Assembly (NCBI GenBank): GCA_963775425.1 | Contig: CAVZJB010000017.1 | Span: 416,001 to 480,000, forward strand | Origin: an uncultured delta proteobacterium | Lineage (GTDB): Bacteria; Myxococcota; UBA727; VGSZ01 | Direction of reading: 5' to 3' | Length of the DNA stretch: 64,000 bases | Shown here: in pieces, positions 20,525 through 32,534 of the stretch | Layout: the number at the start of each line of letters is the position of its first letter | Position numbering within the stretch: position 1 is the first letter of the stretch | Translations under genes and position numbers: made by a program | The notes under the pieces: model-generated | What the model was told of the DNA's origin: nothing | Databases searched by the model: none | Seen by the model: the letters and a program-made list of their open reading frames with translations, nothing else

Positions 20525-21628
20525 CTACGCCGCGAGCGAGAGGCTCTTCAAGATCGGCCGCGTCTCGTCGAACAAGCGGCGCAGCCCCTGCAGCGAGGGC
20601 GCCCGCTCCTTTCGGCCGATCTCCTGCACCGCGGCGACGACGGCGGCGTTGATGGGCACCTTGACGTCGACCGCGGGCGCGCGTTCGACGACCTCACCGT
20701 TGAGGAATTCCACCGGAGGCTCCCGGCCCCGCTCGATGGCCAGGAGCATCGACGAGCGCAGCCTGCGGTACTTGGCGCCCACCGCGAGGAGCACGGTGTG
20801 CTTGGCCAGCAGGCCGGGCGAGCCCTGGACCAGGCGCTCGTCGTCGTCGAGGGAGATCCACTCGAGGTCGAGCGTGCCCGAGATCTTCTCGAGCTTCACG
20901 CCGAGCGCCAGCGCCACCTGCGTCACCTCCGTCATCACCTCGAGGCACAAGCGACGCACGAAGCGGTGGCGCATGAGCACGCCGAGGCGGTCGCCACCGA
21001 TGGTGCCGAGCGACGAGATGGCGCAGTTGATGGCGAGCTTGCTCCAGCGGGCCCCGCGCAGGTTGGTGGTGACGTCGATGTCGCGATCCACCGGCGTGAG
21101 GAACTGCGCCACCCGCTCGAGCGTCTCGTCGACGCTGCCGTCGAGGCGGCCGACGGTGAGGCCGCCGTCGCTGGTCTGTTCGACGACGCCGGGCCCGAGC
21201 ATGGACGCGCCGAAGCCCACGATGCCGCCGACGACGCGCTCGGCGCCAAACCGCGCGGCGAGCCGCTCCTCGGGCAAGCCGTTCGCCAGCGGAACGAGCA
21301 CGCCGGCGTCCCCGAGGAACGGCAGCACGCCGTCGGCGGCCTCCTCGAGGCGGTTGGGCGGCACGGCCAGGAGCGCGAGATCATACGGCCCCGGCGGCAG
21401 CACCGCCGCCCGCGTGACGACGTCGCAGCGCACCTGCCGGGCGCCCGTGACCAGGCGCGCCTGGAGGCCGCGCTCGCCCACGGCGCGCGTGATGTCGGCG
21501 TTGGAGGTGACGGCGACGACGTGGCGGCCGGCGCCCGCGAGGTGCGCGACGACGCAGCCGCCGACGCCGCCGACGCCGACGACGACGGCGCGGGCTCCCT
21601 CGGACCAGGCTTCGTGTTTCTCGATCAC
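20525..21628 (-). CDS. Ketopantoate reductase (PanE/ApbA) family protein
   Basis: GVGGVG, LANG, WSKLAINC, SSM..IERGR..VEFLNG. Confidence 0.85.
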   Translation of the reverse strand: MIEKHEAWSEGARAVVVGVGGVGGCVVAHLAGAGRHVVAVTSNADITRAVGERGLQARLVTGARQVRCDVVTRAAVLPPGPYDLALLAVPPNRLEEAADGVLPFLGDAGVLVPLANGLPEERLAARFGAERVVGGIVGFGASMLGPGVVEQTSDGGLTVGRLDGSVDETLERVAQFLTPVDRDIDVTTNLRGARWSKLAINCAISSLGTIGGDRLGVLMRHRFVRRLCLEVMTEVTQVALALGVKLEKISGTLDLEWISLDDDERLVQGSPGLLAKHTVLLAVGAKYRRLRSSMLLAIERGREPPVEFLNGEVVERAPAVDVKVPINAAVVAAVQEIGRKERAPSLQGLRRLFDETRPILKSLSLAA

Positions 21629-21696
21629 GGCTCCACTCTACCTCGGCCCCGCTTCGCACGGCGCCGGCGGGCCTCGGCGCACCGAGCGGCTGCGGC

Positions 21697-23049
21697 TCAG
21701 GGCGCGCGGGCTGCGCGCTCGCCGGCGACGAAGCCCATGAGCGCGGCCACCGCGGCGCCGGTGCCGTCGCGCGCGGGGTCCCAGCCTTCGACGAGCGTGC
21801 CGGCGCAGGCGACGTTTTCGAACGCGACGCGGCCGGCGGCGTCGAGCGGGCGGAGCGCGTCGTCGACGGCGACGCCGGCGCGGAAGATGGCGTGGTCGGC
21901 CTCGGGCACGGGGCCGGTGAGGCCGCCGATGAAGCTGTCGCCCACGACGGCGCCGTCGCTGACGACGGGCAGGCCGAGCAACGCCTCGCGCGCGTCACCG
22001 TCGCGCACGACGCCACCGGACAGGAAGCGACCGCCGGCGAGGACGACGCTCCGGGGCTTGAGCTCCGCGCGCAGTTGTGTGCCCTCGACGACGACGCTGG
22101 TGACGCGATCGCCCGTCGTGGAGGCCGACACGGCGGGCGCGTCGAGGACCGCGACCCCCAGCTTGCGCGCGGCGGCGGTGAGCGCGCGCTGCAAACGCTC
22201 GCCCGGCGGCGACGGCGGCAGCGCCAGCAACTCCCGCACGGTGCGGCCGACGGCGCGCTCGACGTCGGCGTGCACCGTGGCCGCCTGCTCCATGCCGAGG
22301 ACGGGCGGCACGAGCAGGTGCGCGGGCGTGCGCGTGAGCTTTCGCAGCGAGTCGCGCAAGCCGTCGATGAACCCCTGGCGTGCGTTTGCGTCCTCGAGGT
22401 GGCGCGCCATCTCCGACGTCGAGTCGAAGAGCGCGCGGCCGGGGAGCAGCCGCTCGACGACGATGGGGGTGAATTGCACGCGGCGCTCCGAGTGCCCGGC
22501 GATCCAGCTCAGCATGTGGACGACGGAGCGCGCGGAGAAGCCCGCGAGGTCGGCGGGCTCGACGACGCCGACGAGGACGTCGCCGTCCAGGGCGCCGAGG
22601 TCGAGCAACTGCGTCTTTTGGACGAGCGCCGCCCGCTTCACCGTGCCGAGCTGTGTGGCGACGACGTGGTTTTGGCCGTCGTCGCGCTCGACGAGCTCGA
22701 CGCCGCCGTTGCTCGCGAGCTGCTTGAGGAGCGCGAGCGCTTCGCGCAGGCGCTCGCGCCCCTTGTCGCCGAGGCGCGCGTAGGGGTGGCGGGGGCGGCG
22801 CGCGGCGACGACGTCGACCGCCTTGCGCCAGCGCCCCCCGCGCTCGAACGGATCGAGCGCGGTGCCGGGGACCAGGCCGTTCAAGTCGTCGGCGACGTCG
22901 ACGGCGCCCGACGACGACGCGAGCGCGCCGCCGGGCTTGCGCACCAGGGTGACGCTCTTGCCGAGCTCCCGCGCGCGCGCCGCGGCGACGAAGCCGGCGA
23001 CGCCGCCGCCGACGACGACGACGTCGGGTACGAGATCGATCTCGCTCAC
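21697..23049 (-). CDS. glpB: Anaerobic glycerol-3-phosphate dehydrogenase subunit B
   Basis: GGGVAG, ASSSGAVD, TQLGTVK, PPSPPGERL, LAGGRFLSGG, GTGAAVA; follows glpA. Confidence 0.85.
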   Translation of the reverse strand: MSEIDLVPDVVVVGGGVAGFVAAARARELGKSVTLVRKPGGALASSSGAVDVADDLNGLVPGTALDPFERGGRWRKAVDVVAARRPRHPYARLGDKGRERLREALALLKQLASNGGVELVERDDGQNHVVATQLGTVKRAALVQKTQLLDLGALDGDVLVGVVEPADLAGFSARSVVHMLSWIAGHSERRVQFTPIVVERLLPGRALFDSTSEMARHLEDANARQGFIDGLRDSLRKLTRTPAHLLVPPVLGMEQAATVHADVERAVGRTVRELLALPPSPPGERLQRALTAAARKLGVAVLDAPAVSASTTGDRVTSVVVEGTQLRAELKPRSVVLAGGRFLSGGVVRDGDAREALLGLPVVSDGAVVGDSFIGGLTGPVPEADHAIFRAGVAVDDALRPLDAAGRVAFENVACAGTLVEGWDPARDGTGAAVAALMGFVAGERAARAP

Positions 23050-23125
23050 GACGCCCCCTCGGCGCGCGCGACGATGACTCGCGCGCGCGCGACAGGGGCG
23101 CGCCGCACGGCGACGGCGGGGGGGT

Positions 23126-25000
23126 TCACGTGGGCTCCGGAGGGAGGGCGGGGTGGGGCTTGCTCGAGCCGTCCTGCGTCGACGCCGCGGGCCGCCCGGG
23201 AGCGGGCGAGGGGCTCGACGCGGGGACGAGGATGAGCGCGGCCTGCTTGAGCTTCTTGCGCGTCACGGGGCCGTCGGCGGGGGCGGGCGAGGGATTGCTG
23301 CGCGAGGGCCGGACCGCCGCCTGCGCCGCCGCGAAGAAGGGCGCGAGGTTGCCGGTGAGGAAGTGCATGGCCTGGTTGAGCTCTTCCGTGGCGAGGTTGG
23401 CGCCCTCGAGGACGGGGCGCTTGCCGATGAAGCGACCCGTCATGGCGTCGTGCAGCTCGACGAGCTGGTCCGCGGGCGACAGCGCCGCCTCCTCGGCGAG
23501 GATCTGGCTCGCGCGCCACAGGCAGCGCGTGCCGCCGCAGGCGCCCATGGACAAGCGCGTGCGCCGGCGGATGTCGACGAGCTTCTGCACCAATTCGCCC
23601 TTGGCCGCGTAGCGCACCTCCGCCTCGCACACGGGCTCGCAGGCGCACACGTGCGCCCCCTGCCGCGGGTCCGCTTCGCAGGCGGCGAGCATGCGCTTGC
23701 TGCGCGCGCCGTGGCGGTAGGCCATGCGCCCCACGGTGATGCGGCTTCGCGCCGGCTGCTTCCCCCCGGCGAGCCACGCCTCGACGTCGACGGGCTCCTC
23801 CGCGCCCGGCAACGGCCGCGTGTGCGTGGAGCATGGCGACGCGTTCCCCACGCGCTTGGCGACGAGATCGCTCACCTCCTCGGAGAGCTGGCGGTAGGCC
23901 GCGAGCTTGCCGCCCGCGACGGAGACGAGTCCGGGCACGCCCTGAGGCGCGTGGTCGTAGAATTCGTGCTCGCGCGAGAGCCGGTCTTCGTTCTTGCGCC
24001 ACGCCCAGAGCGTGGGACGCACGCCGACGTAGGTCCGGCTCATGCGGTACTTGTCGATGGCGGGGAACACGCGGCGCGCGGCCTGCAGGATGTACTTCAC
24101 CTCGTCCTCGGTGGCGCGCGGGTTGTCGAGGTCGCCGTAGTAGTCGTCGTCGGTGGTGCCGACGATGGAGCCGTTTTCGTGCGGCATGAGGAACATCTGC
24201 CGCCCGTCGACGCCGTCCATGACGATGCCGATGTTGGAGATGCGGTGGGGATACACGATGTGCACGCCCTTGCCCGGGCGCAGCCGGTACCACCCGCCCG
24301 CCAGCGCCGCCGTCCGCGGGCCCCACGCTCCGGTGGCGTTGATGACCACCGGCGCCGTGTGCGTGCTGCGCGCGCCCGTGGTGCGGCTCTCGACGACGAC
24401 GCCGGTCACCGCGCCGCCGGCGTCCTTCACGAAGGACGCGAGCTCCGTGTACGTGAGGATCTCCGCGCCGTTCTCCACGGCGTCGACGGCGTTTTCCACG
24501 ACGAGACGGAACGGATCGATGCCCCACTCGTCCATGGTCACGGCGCCGAGGATGTCCGGCGCGAGGCCGGGCTCGAGGGCGAGCGCCTCCTCGCGCGTGA
24601 GGCGCGTGTGGGGCTTGCCGCGCTTCAGCGGCTGGAATTCGTCGTACGCCTCGAAGAACACCTCTGCGAGCTCGAGGTAGATCTGGTCGAGCGCGGTCTT
24701 CAGCGACGAGCCCGGCGGCGGCCGCGGGATGGGCACGATGAACGGGATGCGAAACAGGAGGTGGGGCGCGATGCGCTGGATGTAGCCCGAGTCCGTGCAC
24801 GCCATCCGCGTGGTGTGCACGTCGTAGCGCAGGTAGCGGATGCCGCCGTGGATCATCCCCGTGTTGGCGCCCGACGCGCCCTTGGCGAGGTCGTTCTTCT
24901 CGACGAGCAAAACCTTCATCCCGCGCAGCGAGCAGTCGCGCGCGATGCCGGCGCCGTTGACACCGCCGCCGAGGATGATGACGTCATGTTCGTTGCTCAC
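23126..25000 (-). CDS. glpA: FAD-dependent glycerol-3-phosphate dehydrogenase subunit A
   Basis: GGGVNG, IHGGIRYL, NATGAW, GVRP, GGKL, C-terminal CACE..RRRTRLSMGACGG..C BFD-like Fe-S motif. Confidence 0.9.
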   Translation of the reverse strand: MSNEHDVIILGGGVNGAGIARDCSLRGMKVLLVEKNDLAKGASGANTGMIHGGIRYLRYDVHTTRMACTDSGYIQRIAPHLLFRIPFIVPIPRPPPGSSLKTALDQIYLELAEVFFEAYDEFQPLKRGKPHTRLTREEALALEPGLAPDILGAVTMDEWGIDPFRLVVENAVDAVENGAEILTYTELASFVKDAGGAVTGVVVESRTTGARSTHTAPVVINATGAWGPRTAALAGGWYRLRPGKGVHIVYPHRISNIGIVMDGVDGRQMFLMPHENGSIVGTTDDDYYGDLDNPRATEDEVKYILQAARRVFPAIDKYRMSRTYVGVRPTLWAWRKNEDRLSREHEFYDHAPQGVPGLVSVAGGKLAAYRQLSEEVSDLVAKRVGNASPCSTHTRPLPGAEEPVDVEAWLAGGKQPARSRITVGRMAYRHGARSKRMLAACEADPRQGAHVCACEPVCEAEVRYAAKGELVQKLVDIRRRTRLSMGACGGTRCLWRASQILAEEAALSPADQLVELHDAMTGRFIGKRPVLEGANLATEELNQAMHFLTGNLAPFFAAAQAAVRPSRSNPSPAPADGPVTRKKLKQAALILVPASSPSPAPGRPAASTQDGSSKPHPALPPEPT

Positions 25001-25033
25001 CGGTCCCTAGATAGATCAACGCGTCGCGTCGTG

Positions 25034-27172
25034 TCATCGATTCTCGGCGGCCGCCCGGGGGACGAAGCGCGCGAGCACCTCGACGAGCTCCTCCACGCGC
25101 ACCGGCTTGCGCACGACGGCGTTCATGCCCGCCTCGAGGCAGCGGTCGACGACCTCGGCGGTGGCGTCGGCGGTGACGGCGATGATGGGGCTGTCCTTGG
25201 ACCTGCCCACGCCGGCGCGCACCCGGCGGGTGGTCTCGATGCCGTCGAGCTCGGGCATCTGGCAATCCATGAGGACGACGTCGTAGCGCTCGCGCTCGAG
25301 CATCGCGATGCCGCGCGCGCCGTCCCGCGCCGCCTCGGCGGAGAGCCCGGCGTGGCTGAGCATGAGCATCAAGACCTTGCGGCTGACGTCGCTGTCCTCG
25401 ACGACGAGCGCCCGGCCGTGCAGCCCGGCCTCGTGCGACGCGACGGACGGCGCGCCGTCGAGGGCGCGCAGCAGCGCCTCCACGCGGACGCGGCGCACGG
25501 GCTTCACCAGGTGGCGAGCGTCCGGCCGCGCGCTGGCCTCCGTGCCCACGCCGACGACCACGCCCTGCCCGGGCGCGGCGGCGGGCGCGGCGGCCGCGCC
25601 TTCGTCGACGAAGGTGACGTCGACGGCGCCCTCCTCGAGCACGCTCACGCCCAGGCGCGACAGCTCGCTCACGAGCTGCGCGCGGGCGGTGGCGTTGTTC
25701 AGCAGGACGGCGGCGGTGTGGATGCGCACGAGCGGCGCCGGCGGGTGCGCCCCGTCGAGGATCCGCGCGGGCGCGGCGAAGGTGAAGCGGCTGCCGTGGC
25801 CCGGGGCCCCCTCCGCGCGGATCGCGCCGCCCATCAGCTTGGCCAGCCGCTGCGAGATGGCGAGGCCGAGCCCGGTGCCGCCGAAGCGCCGGGTGATCGA
25901 CGCGTCGGCCTGCGTGAACGGTGTGAACAGGCGCGCCTTGGCGTAAGCGTCGAGGCCGACACCGGTGTCGCTCACGTCGATGACCAGGCGGCCGTTGTCG
26001 ATGCGCGCGTCGACGACCACTTCGCCGGCGGCCGTGAACTTCACGGCGTTGCTCACGAGGTTGATCACGATCTGCCGGATGCGCGCGCCGTCCCCGAGGA
26101 GCAGCGTCGGCAGGTCGGCGGCGCACCGCACCACCAGCTCCACGCCGCGCGCCGCAGCCGCCGCCGCGAACACCGCGCACGCGGCCTCGACGACGCTGCT
26201 CGGCGAGAACGGGTGCGCCTCGAGCTCGAGGCGGCCCGCGTCGATCTTGGAGAAGTCGAGCACGTCGTCGACGAGCGCGAGCAGCGCTTCACCCGAGGCC
26301 GTGATGACGTCGAGGTACTCCTGCTCGACCGCGCCGAGCGGCCGTCGCGCCAGAAGCTGCGTCATGCCGAGGATGCCGTTCAGCGGCGTGCGCAGCTCGT
26401 GCGAGATGTTGGCCACGAACTCGGTCTTTGCCCGCGCGGCGCTGATGAGCGCCTCCTCCACGCGCTTCTTGGCCGTGACGTCGCGGAGGACGCCGACGAG
26501 CACCGGCTGGCCGTCGGGATCGCGAAACGCGGCCTTGCGCGTGGACACGACGTGGACGTGGCCGGCGGCGTCGGTGAGCTCCTCTTCGTTCTCGTCGATG
26601 CCGCCGCTCTTGAACACGGCGTCGTCGTGCTCCCAGAACACGGAGGCCTGCTCCGCGGGGAAGTAGTCGGTGTCGGTGTGGTTGAGCAGCTCCGCGCGCG
26701 ACCGCCCGACGAACTGGCAGAAGCCCTCGTTGAACGCGATCCACCGGTGCTGCCGGTCCTTGACGAACACCGGATCCGGCAGCGTGTTCAACAGGTCGCT
26801 GAGGAAGCGCAGGCTCTCCACCGGAGACTCGCTGTCCTCGCCGACCACGCCCGCGAGCCGCGCGGGATGGCCGCCCTCTCCGCGCTCGAGCACGCGCTCC
26901 TCGATGCGCACCGGCGCGTGCGGCTCGCGCAGCGTGAGAGACATGGTGTGCGCCTCCGCGTTGGCGAGCCCCTGACGCGCGTTCACGAGGCGGCCGCGGT
27001 CGTCGGCGACGACGGCGTCGGCGACGACGGCGCCGATCTGGAAGCCGAGCGCCTGCGCGCGTCGTGTGGCGAACTGCACGCGGAAGGCGCCGGAGCCGTC
27101 GGGGTCGGCGACGGCGACGTACGCCGCCAGCGCCCCGACGAGCCCTTCGAAGTCCTTCATCACGGCGCGCAC
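25034..27172 (-). CDS. PAS-domain hybrid sensor histidine kinase/receiver
   Basis: PAS (LPDPVFVKD), SHELRTPLNG, NLVSNAVKFT, DTGVG, GGTGLGL, REC (LMDCQMP). Confidence 0.92.
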   Translation of the reverse strand: MRAVMKDFEGLVGALAAYVAVADPDGSGAFRVQFATRRAQALGFQIGAVVADAVVADDRGRLVNARQGLANAEAHTMSLTLREPHAPVRIEERVLERGEGGHPARLAGVVGEDSESPVESLRFLSDLLNTLPDPVFVKDRQHRWIAFNEGFCQFVGRSRAELLNHTDTDYFPAEQASVFWEHDDAVFKSGGIDENEEELTDAAGHVHVVSTRKAAFRDPDGQPVLVGVLRDVTAKKRVEEALISAARAKTEFVANISHELRTPLNGILGMTQLLARRPLGAVEQEYLDVITASGEALLALVDDVLDFSKIDAGRLELEAHPFSPSSVVEAACAVFAAAAAARGVELVVRCAADLPTLLLGDGARIRQIVINLVSNAVKFTAAGEVVVDARIDNGRLVIDVSDTGVGLDAYAKARLFTPFTQADASITRRFGGTGLGLAISQRLAKLMGGAIRAEGAPGHGSRFTFAAPARILDGAHPPAPLVRIHTAAVLLNNATARAQLVSELSRLGVSVLEEGAVDVTFVDEGAAAAPAAAPGQGVVVGVGTEASARPDARHLVKPVRRVRVEALLRALDGAPSVASHEAGLHGRALVVEDSDVSRKVLMLMLSHAGLSAEAARDGARGIAMLERERYDVVLMDCQMPELDGIETTRRVRAGVGRSKDSPIIAVTADATAEVVDRCLEAGMNAVVRKPVRVEELVEVLARFVPRAAAENR

Positions 27173-27187
27173 CCCGTCGGGTGCACG

Positions 27188-29029
<1,842 letters not shown>

Positions 29030-29103
29030 CGAGAGTCTCCGGGGCGCGAGGGTGCGGCCCAACGACTCCGACGTCAACCGTCAAGATCGATTCACCGACG
29101 GGG

Positions 29104-30222
29104 TCAGCTCGGCGCGATGACGCGAATCGGCTCGTCGACCCCGACGCCTTCGGCGAAGCGGCGCAAGCGCTCGACGAGCGGCGCGGTGAGCTGCTGGCCG
29201 CCTTGCACGAGCAGCGCGCCGTTCTTGGCCCGCACGGCGTCGACGAGGTGCATGCCGGGGCGCAGGCCGTCGACGAGCACCACGCGCTCCACGCCGTTTT
29301 CGCCGCCGAGCACGACGTCGGCGAGGAATTCGGAGAGCGTGGCGTCGAAGCCGGCGAGCTGGGGGCGCGTCAGGCCCGGGAGCTCGTGCGGCTTCTTCCC
29401 CTCCAGGATCAGCTCGGCCGCCACCACCCCCACCCGCACCAACGCGGCGCCGAAGGACACCTCGTCGCCCGGCGCGTCCACGCCGCGCTCGTTCTGCCTG
29501 GCCACGATGGCGGCGACCTCGTCGAGGCGGGGCACGGCCGTCAGGAGCTTGCTGCCGGTCTCGGGGTGACGATTGAAGAGGGCCCGATCGGCGGCCGACA
29601 CCGCCCCCCCGCGCAACACCCGCGTGAGGACGTCGGGCGGCACCGCGATGCAGCCGAGCGAGCTCAGCATCGCCGCCGCCTCGATCTTCCAGCTCGGCGG
29701 CCTGCCGAGCTTCTTTTCGAGGTGATGCACGATCACCTTGGCGATGCCGGCGGCGCGGAACGCCGCGGGGGCGGCCAGGGCCAACACGTCGACGAGCAGG
29801 CGAATGACGCCGTTCACCGTCTCCTCGAGCAGCTCGCGCTCCGCGGTGACGAGGCGGTGGTGCTCGACGCCGGCGCGGATGGCGCCCGCGAGCTCGTCCG
29901 CTGGGCACGGCTTCAACAAGAAGCGAAAGAGCTGCCCGTCGTTCACCGCGCGGATCGCGTCGCGCATGTCGGACTGCCCGGTGAGCAGGATGCGCGACAC
30001 GTCGGGAACGCGGACGCGCACGCGGGCGAGGAACGTGGCGCCGTCCATGCCGGGCATGCGCATGTCGGAGACGACCACGCTCACGGGCGCCTGCTCGAGG
30101 CGCATGAGCCCGTCGGCGCCGGAGTGCGCGACCACGACGTCGAAGTCCTCGCTGAGCACACGAGCCATCCCGTCGAGGAGCCTCGTGTCGTCGTCGACGC
30201 AGAGGACGCGCGGGGGACTCAT
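29104..30222 (-). CDS. Response regulator with degenerate HD-GYP-like output domain
   Basis: VLCVDDD, SDMRMP, LLKP; AAAMLSSLGC where HD(I)GK is expected; HPETG; C-terminal LRPGM segment. Confidence 0.85.
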   Translation of the reverse strand: MSPPRVLCVDDDTRLLDGMARVLSEDFDVVVAHSGADGLMRLEQAPVSVVVSDMRMPGMDGATFLARVRVRVPDVSRILLTGQSDMRDAIRAVNDGQLFRFLLKPCPADELAGAIRAGVEHHRLVTAERELLEETVNGVIRLLVDVLALAAPAAFRAAGIAKVIVHHLEKKLGRPPSWKIEAAAMLSSLGCIAVPPDVLTRVLRGGAVSAADRALFNRHPETGSKLLTAVPRLDEVAAIVARQNERGVDAPGDEVSFGAALVRVGVVAAELILEGKKPHELPGLTRPQLAGFDATLSEFLADVVLGGENGVERVVLVDGLRPGMHLVDAVRAKNGALLVQGGQQLTAPLVERLRRFAEGVGVDEPIRVIAPS

Positions 30223-31367
30223 GTGACCGTCCCGCGCGCCGCGGCGAGCGTCTTTTCGGCGTCCGCGCCGAGGAGCCTCGTGACGCGTTCGACGTCGGGC
30301 TCCGCGCCCTCGGCCGTCGCCATCGCGACGTGCACCAGGGCGGCCAGCCGGCCGTGCTCGGGCAGCGCCCCGGTGGGCTCGTGGTGCCAACGCACGGCGT
30401 CGACGATGGACAGCGGCAGCCCCCACAGGCCGAGCAGGTACGCGCCGACCTCGGGGTGGGTCGCGCCGATGACCTCGCGCTCGACGGCCTCGCGCGGCTC
30501 GCCCGCGGCCGCGCGCTGCTCGACGACGTCGTACTCGTCCGGCGACACCATCGCGAGGACCAGGCGGCCGATGTCGCCGAGGAGCGCGGCCATGAACGCG
30601 TCGTGGTTGCCTCGCGCGACGGCGCTCACGACGCGGGCGGCGTTGAGGGCGCGCTCCTGCATCTGTTCGAGGTGCGCCGAGCGCGCCATCTGCCGGGCCG
30701 CTTGGTTGCGGGTCTGGTCGAAGACCGCGACCATGAGCATGAGCGCCTGGAGGGTGCGCAGCCCGAGGCGCGCCACGGCGGCCTCGAGCGTGGTGACCTG
30801 CTGCACGCCCGCGAACAACGCCGAGCTCGCGAGCTGCATCGTCTTGGCCGACACCGCGGGGTCGCGGCGGACGACGGCGACGATGTCGGCGACGGCGGCC
30901 TTCGGGTCGTTCAGCTTCTTGGACAGCTCGGTGTAGATGGCTGGGATGACGGGGAGCTTGTCGACGGAGCCCACCGCCGCGCGCACCGCCGGCGACGCCA
31001 ACAAATCCCGGAGGCGCCCCGCGCGCGCCACCGCCTTCTCGAGGATCTCGCCGTTGCACGGCTTGAGCAGGAACTGGTGCGCGTGCGTCACCGCCTTCAG
31101 CGCGAGCTGCTCGTCCATGTGCCCCGACAGCACCATGCGGACGACGTCGGGGCAGCGCTCGTGCACCTTGGCGAGGAGCTGCGCCCCATCCATCCCGGGC
31201 ATGTGCATGTCGGTGATCAGGACGTCGTAGGGGTCCGCTGTGAGCGCTTCGAGGGCCGCGGCGCCTGTGGTGAAGCAGCGAATGTCGATGTCGTCGATCC
31301 GGTCGCGCAGCACGCGCGCGAGCCCCTCGAGTACGCGGATCTCGTCGTCGACGAGCATGAGCCTCAT
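30219..31367 (-). CDS. REC-HDOD response regulator
   Basis: LVDDE, TDMHMP; LPVIP, DPAVSAK, LLGDIG, HPEVGAYLLGLWGLP. Confidence 0.9.
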   Translation of the reverse strand: MRLMLVDDEIRVLEGLARVLRDRIDDIDIRCFTTGAAALEALTADPYDVLITDMHMPGMDGAQLLAKVHERCPDVVRMVLSGHMDEQLALKAVTHAHQFLLKPCNGEILEKAVARAGRLRDLLASPAVRAAVGSVDKLPVIPAIYTELSKKLNDPKAAVADIVAVVRRDPAVSAKTMQLASSALFAGVQQVTTLEAAVARLGLRTLQALMLMVAVFDQTRNQAARQMARSAHLEQMQERALNAARVVSAVARGNHDAFMAALLGDIGRLVLAMVSPDEYDVVEQRAAAGEPREAVEREVIGATHPEVGAYLLGLWGLPLSIVDAVRWHHEPTGALPEHGRLAALVHVAMATAEGAEPDVERVTRLLGADAEKTLAAARGTVT

Positions 31368-32344
31368 GTCGAACCTCCGGTCGACACGCGGGAGAGCATG
31401 TCGTTGGCGGCGGTGTCACCGAGGAGCACCGCCAATGCGTGGGCGTCGACGGCGGCGCCGTCGGCGATGGTGGAACCGACGTAGCAGGCGGCGGTGAGGC
31501 GGATGTCGCCGCCGCGGGCCGCGAGCGGATCGTGGTGCGCGCGCACCGCCTCGACGACCGGCAGCGGGAAGCCCCAGACGCCGAGGAGGTAGGCGCCGAT
31601 CTCCGGGTGCGTGGCGCCGAGCACCTCCCGCTCGACCCTGAGGCGCTCCTCGCCCGAGCCGACCCGCGCCGAGACGACGTCGACCTCCGCCGGCGCCGAC
31701 ATCGCCGCCGCGAGGAGGCCGAGATCCGCGAGCAGGGCGGCCGCCCACGTGTCGGCTCGCTCGTCGAGGATGCCGCCGGCGAGGGCTGCCCCGGCCTCGA
31801 GGTGGGTGCGCAGCTCGGAGAGCCGGGCGCTGCGCGCGAGCTCGGGGCACGAGGCCGCGGCGGCGAAGAGCGCGTCGCACGCCGCCGCGGCGCGGGCGCC
31901 GGTGCTGGCCCCGGCGCGGCCCGCCGGCGCCAGGCGCGCGGACCCGCCGGCGACGCGCTTCACCGCGGCGTCGGCGAGGAGCCCGCGGACGCGGCCGGCC
32001 CGGCGGACGGTGTCTCTCAGCTCGTCGCTGGCGCAGGGCTTCTCCAGGAAGTGATGCGCGTGGAGGGAAGCGCGCGCCGCGGCGGACGCGTCCATCTGGC
32101 CGCTCAACACGATGCGCACCAGATCCGGACGGCAAGCGCTGGCGAGCTCGAGGAGCCGCGCGCCGTCCATGCCTGGCATGCGCATATCGGTCAGGAGCAG
32201 ATCGAAGGGCTCGGCCTCGAGCGCACGCAGCGCCGAAGGGCCGTCGGCGAAGGCGCGGATATCCAGGTCCTTGGCGCACCCGCGCAGCACGCGGCTCAAC
32301 GCGCGGCGGACGTAGTCCTCGTCGTCTACGAGCATCACCTTCAT
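31364..32344 (-). CDS. REC-HDOD response regulator paralog with shortened HDOD
   Basis: MKVMLVDDE, TDMRMP, HPEIGAYLLGVWGFP; lacks the LP..P/DP segment. Confidence 0.8.
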   Translation of the reverse strand: MKVMLVDDEDYVRRALSRVLRGCAKDLDIRAFADGPSALRALEAEPFDLLLTDMRMPGMDGARLLELASACRPDLVRIVLSGQMDASAAARASLHAHHFLEKPCASDELRDTVRRAGRVRGLLADAAVKRVAGGSARLAPAGRAGASTGARAAAACDALFAAAASCPELARSARLSELRTHLEAGAALAGGILDERADTWAAALLADLGLLAAAMSAPAEVDVVSARVGSGEERLRVEREVLGATHPEIGAYLLGVWGFPLPVVEAVRAHHDPLAARGGDIRLTAACYVGSTIADGAAVDAHALAVLLGDTAANDMLSRVSTGGST

Positions 32345-32374
32345 GGGCGCCCACCCCCCCGTGCCGCTCCCTGC

Positions 32375-32479
32375 GGGATGCCATCGGCCGGGAGAGCCCG
32401 GATTCTGAAGTGCCGGATCCGCCGGCCGCGCCCACGTCGTCCATGGGGATCCCATCGGCCGGCGCGCGGTCGGCTGAAG
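32375..32479 (-). promoter_or_regulatory. Tandem bipartite motif CTTCAG-N14/16-GCCGATGG (sigma28-like promoter candidates)
   Basis: 17-bp direct repeats at 32375-32391 and 32446-32462 (16/17 identical), each paired with CTGAAG (+ strand) at 32405-32410 and 32474-32479. Confidence 0.45.
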
Positions 32480-32534
32480 GGCGGGGCGCGGCGGCTTGTT
32501 CGCCGCTCCCGCGGCGGCGCGCCAGGACCCCGGG

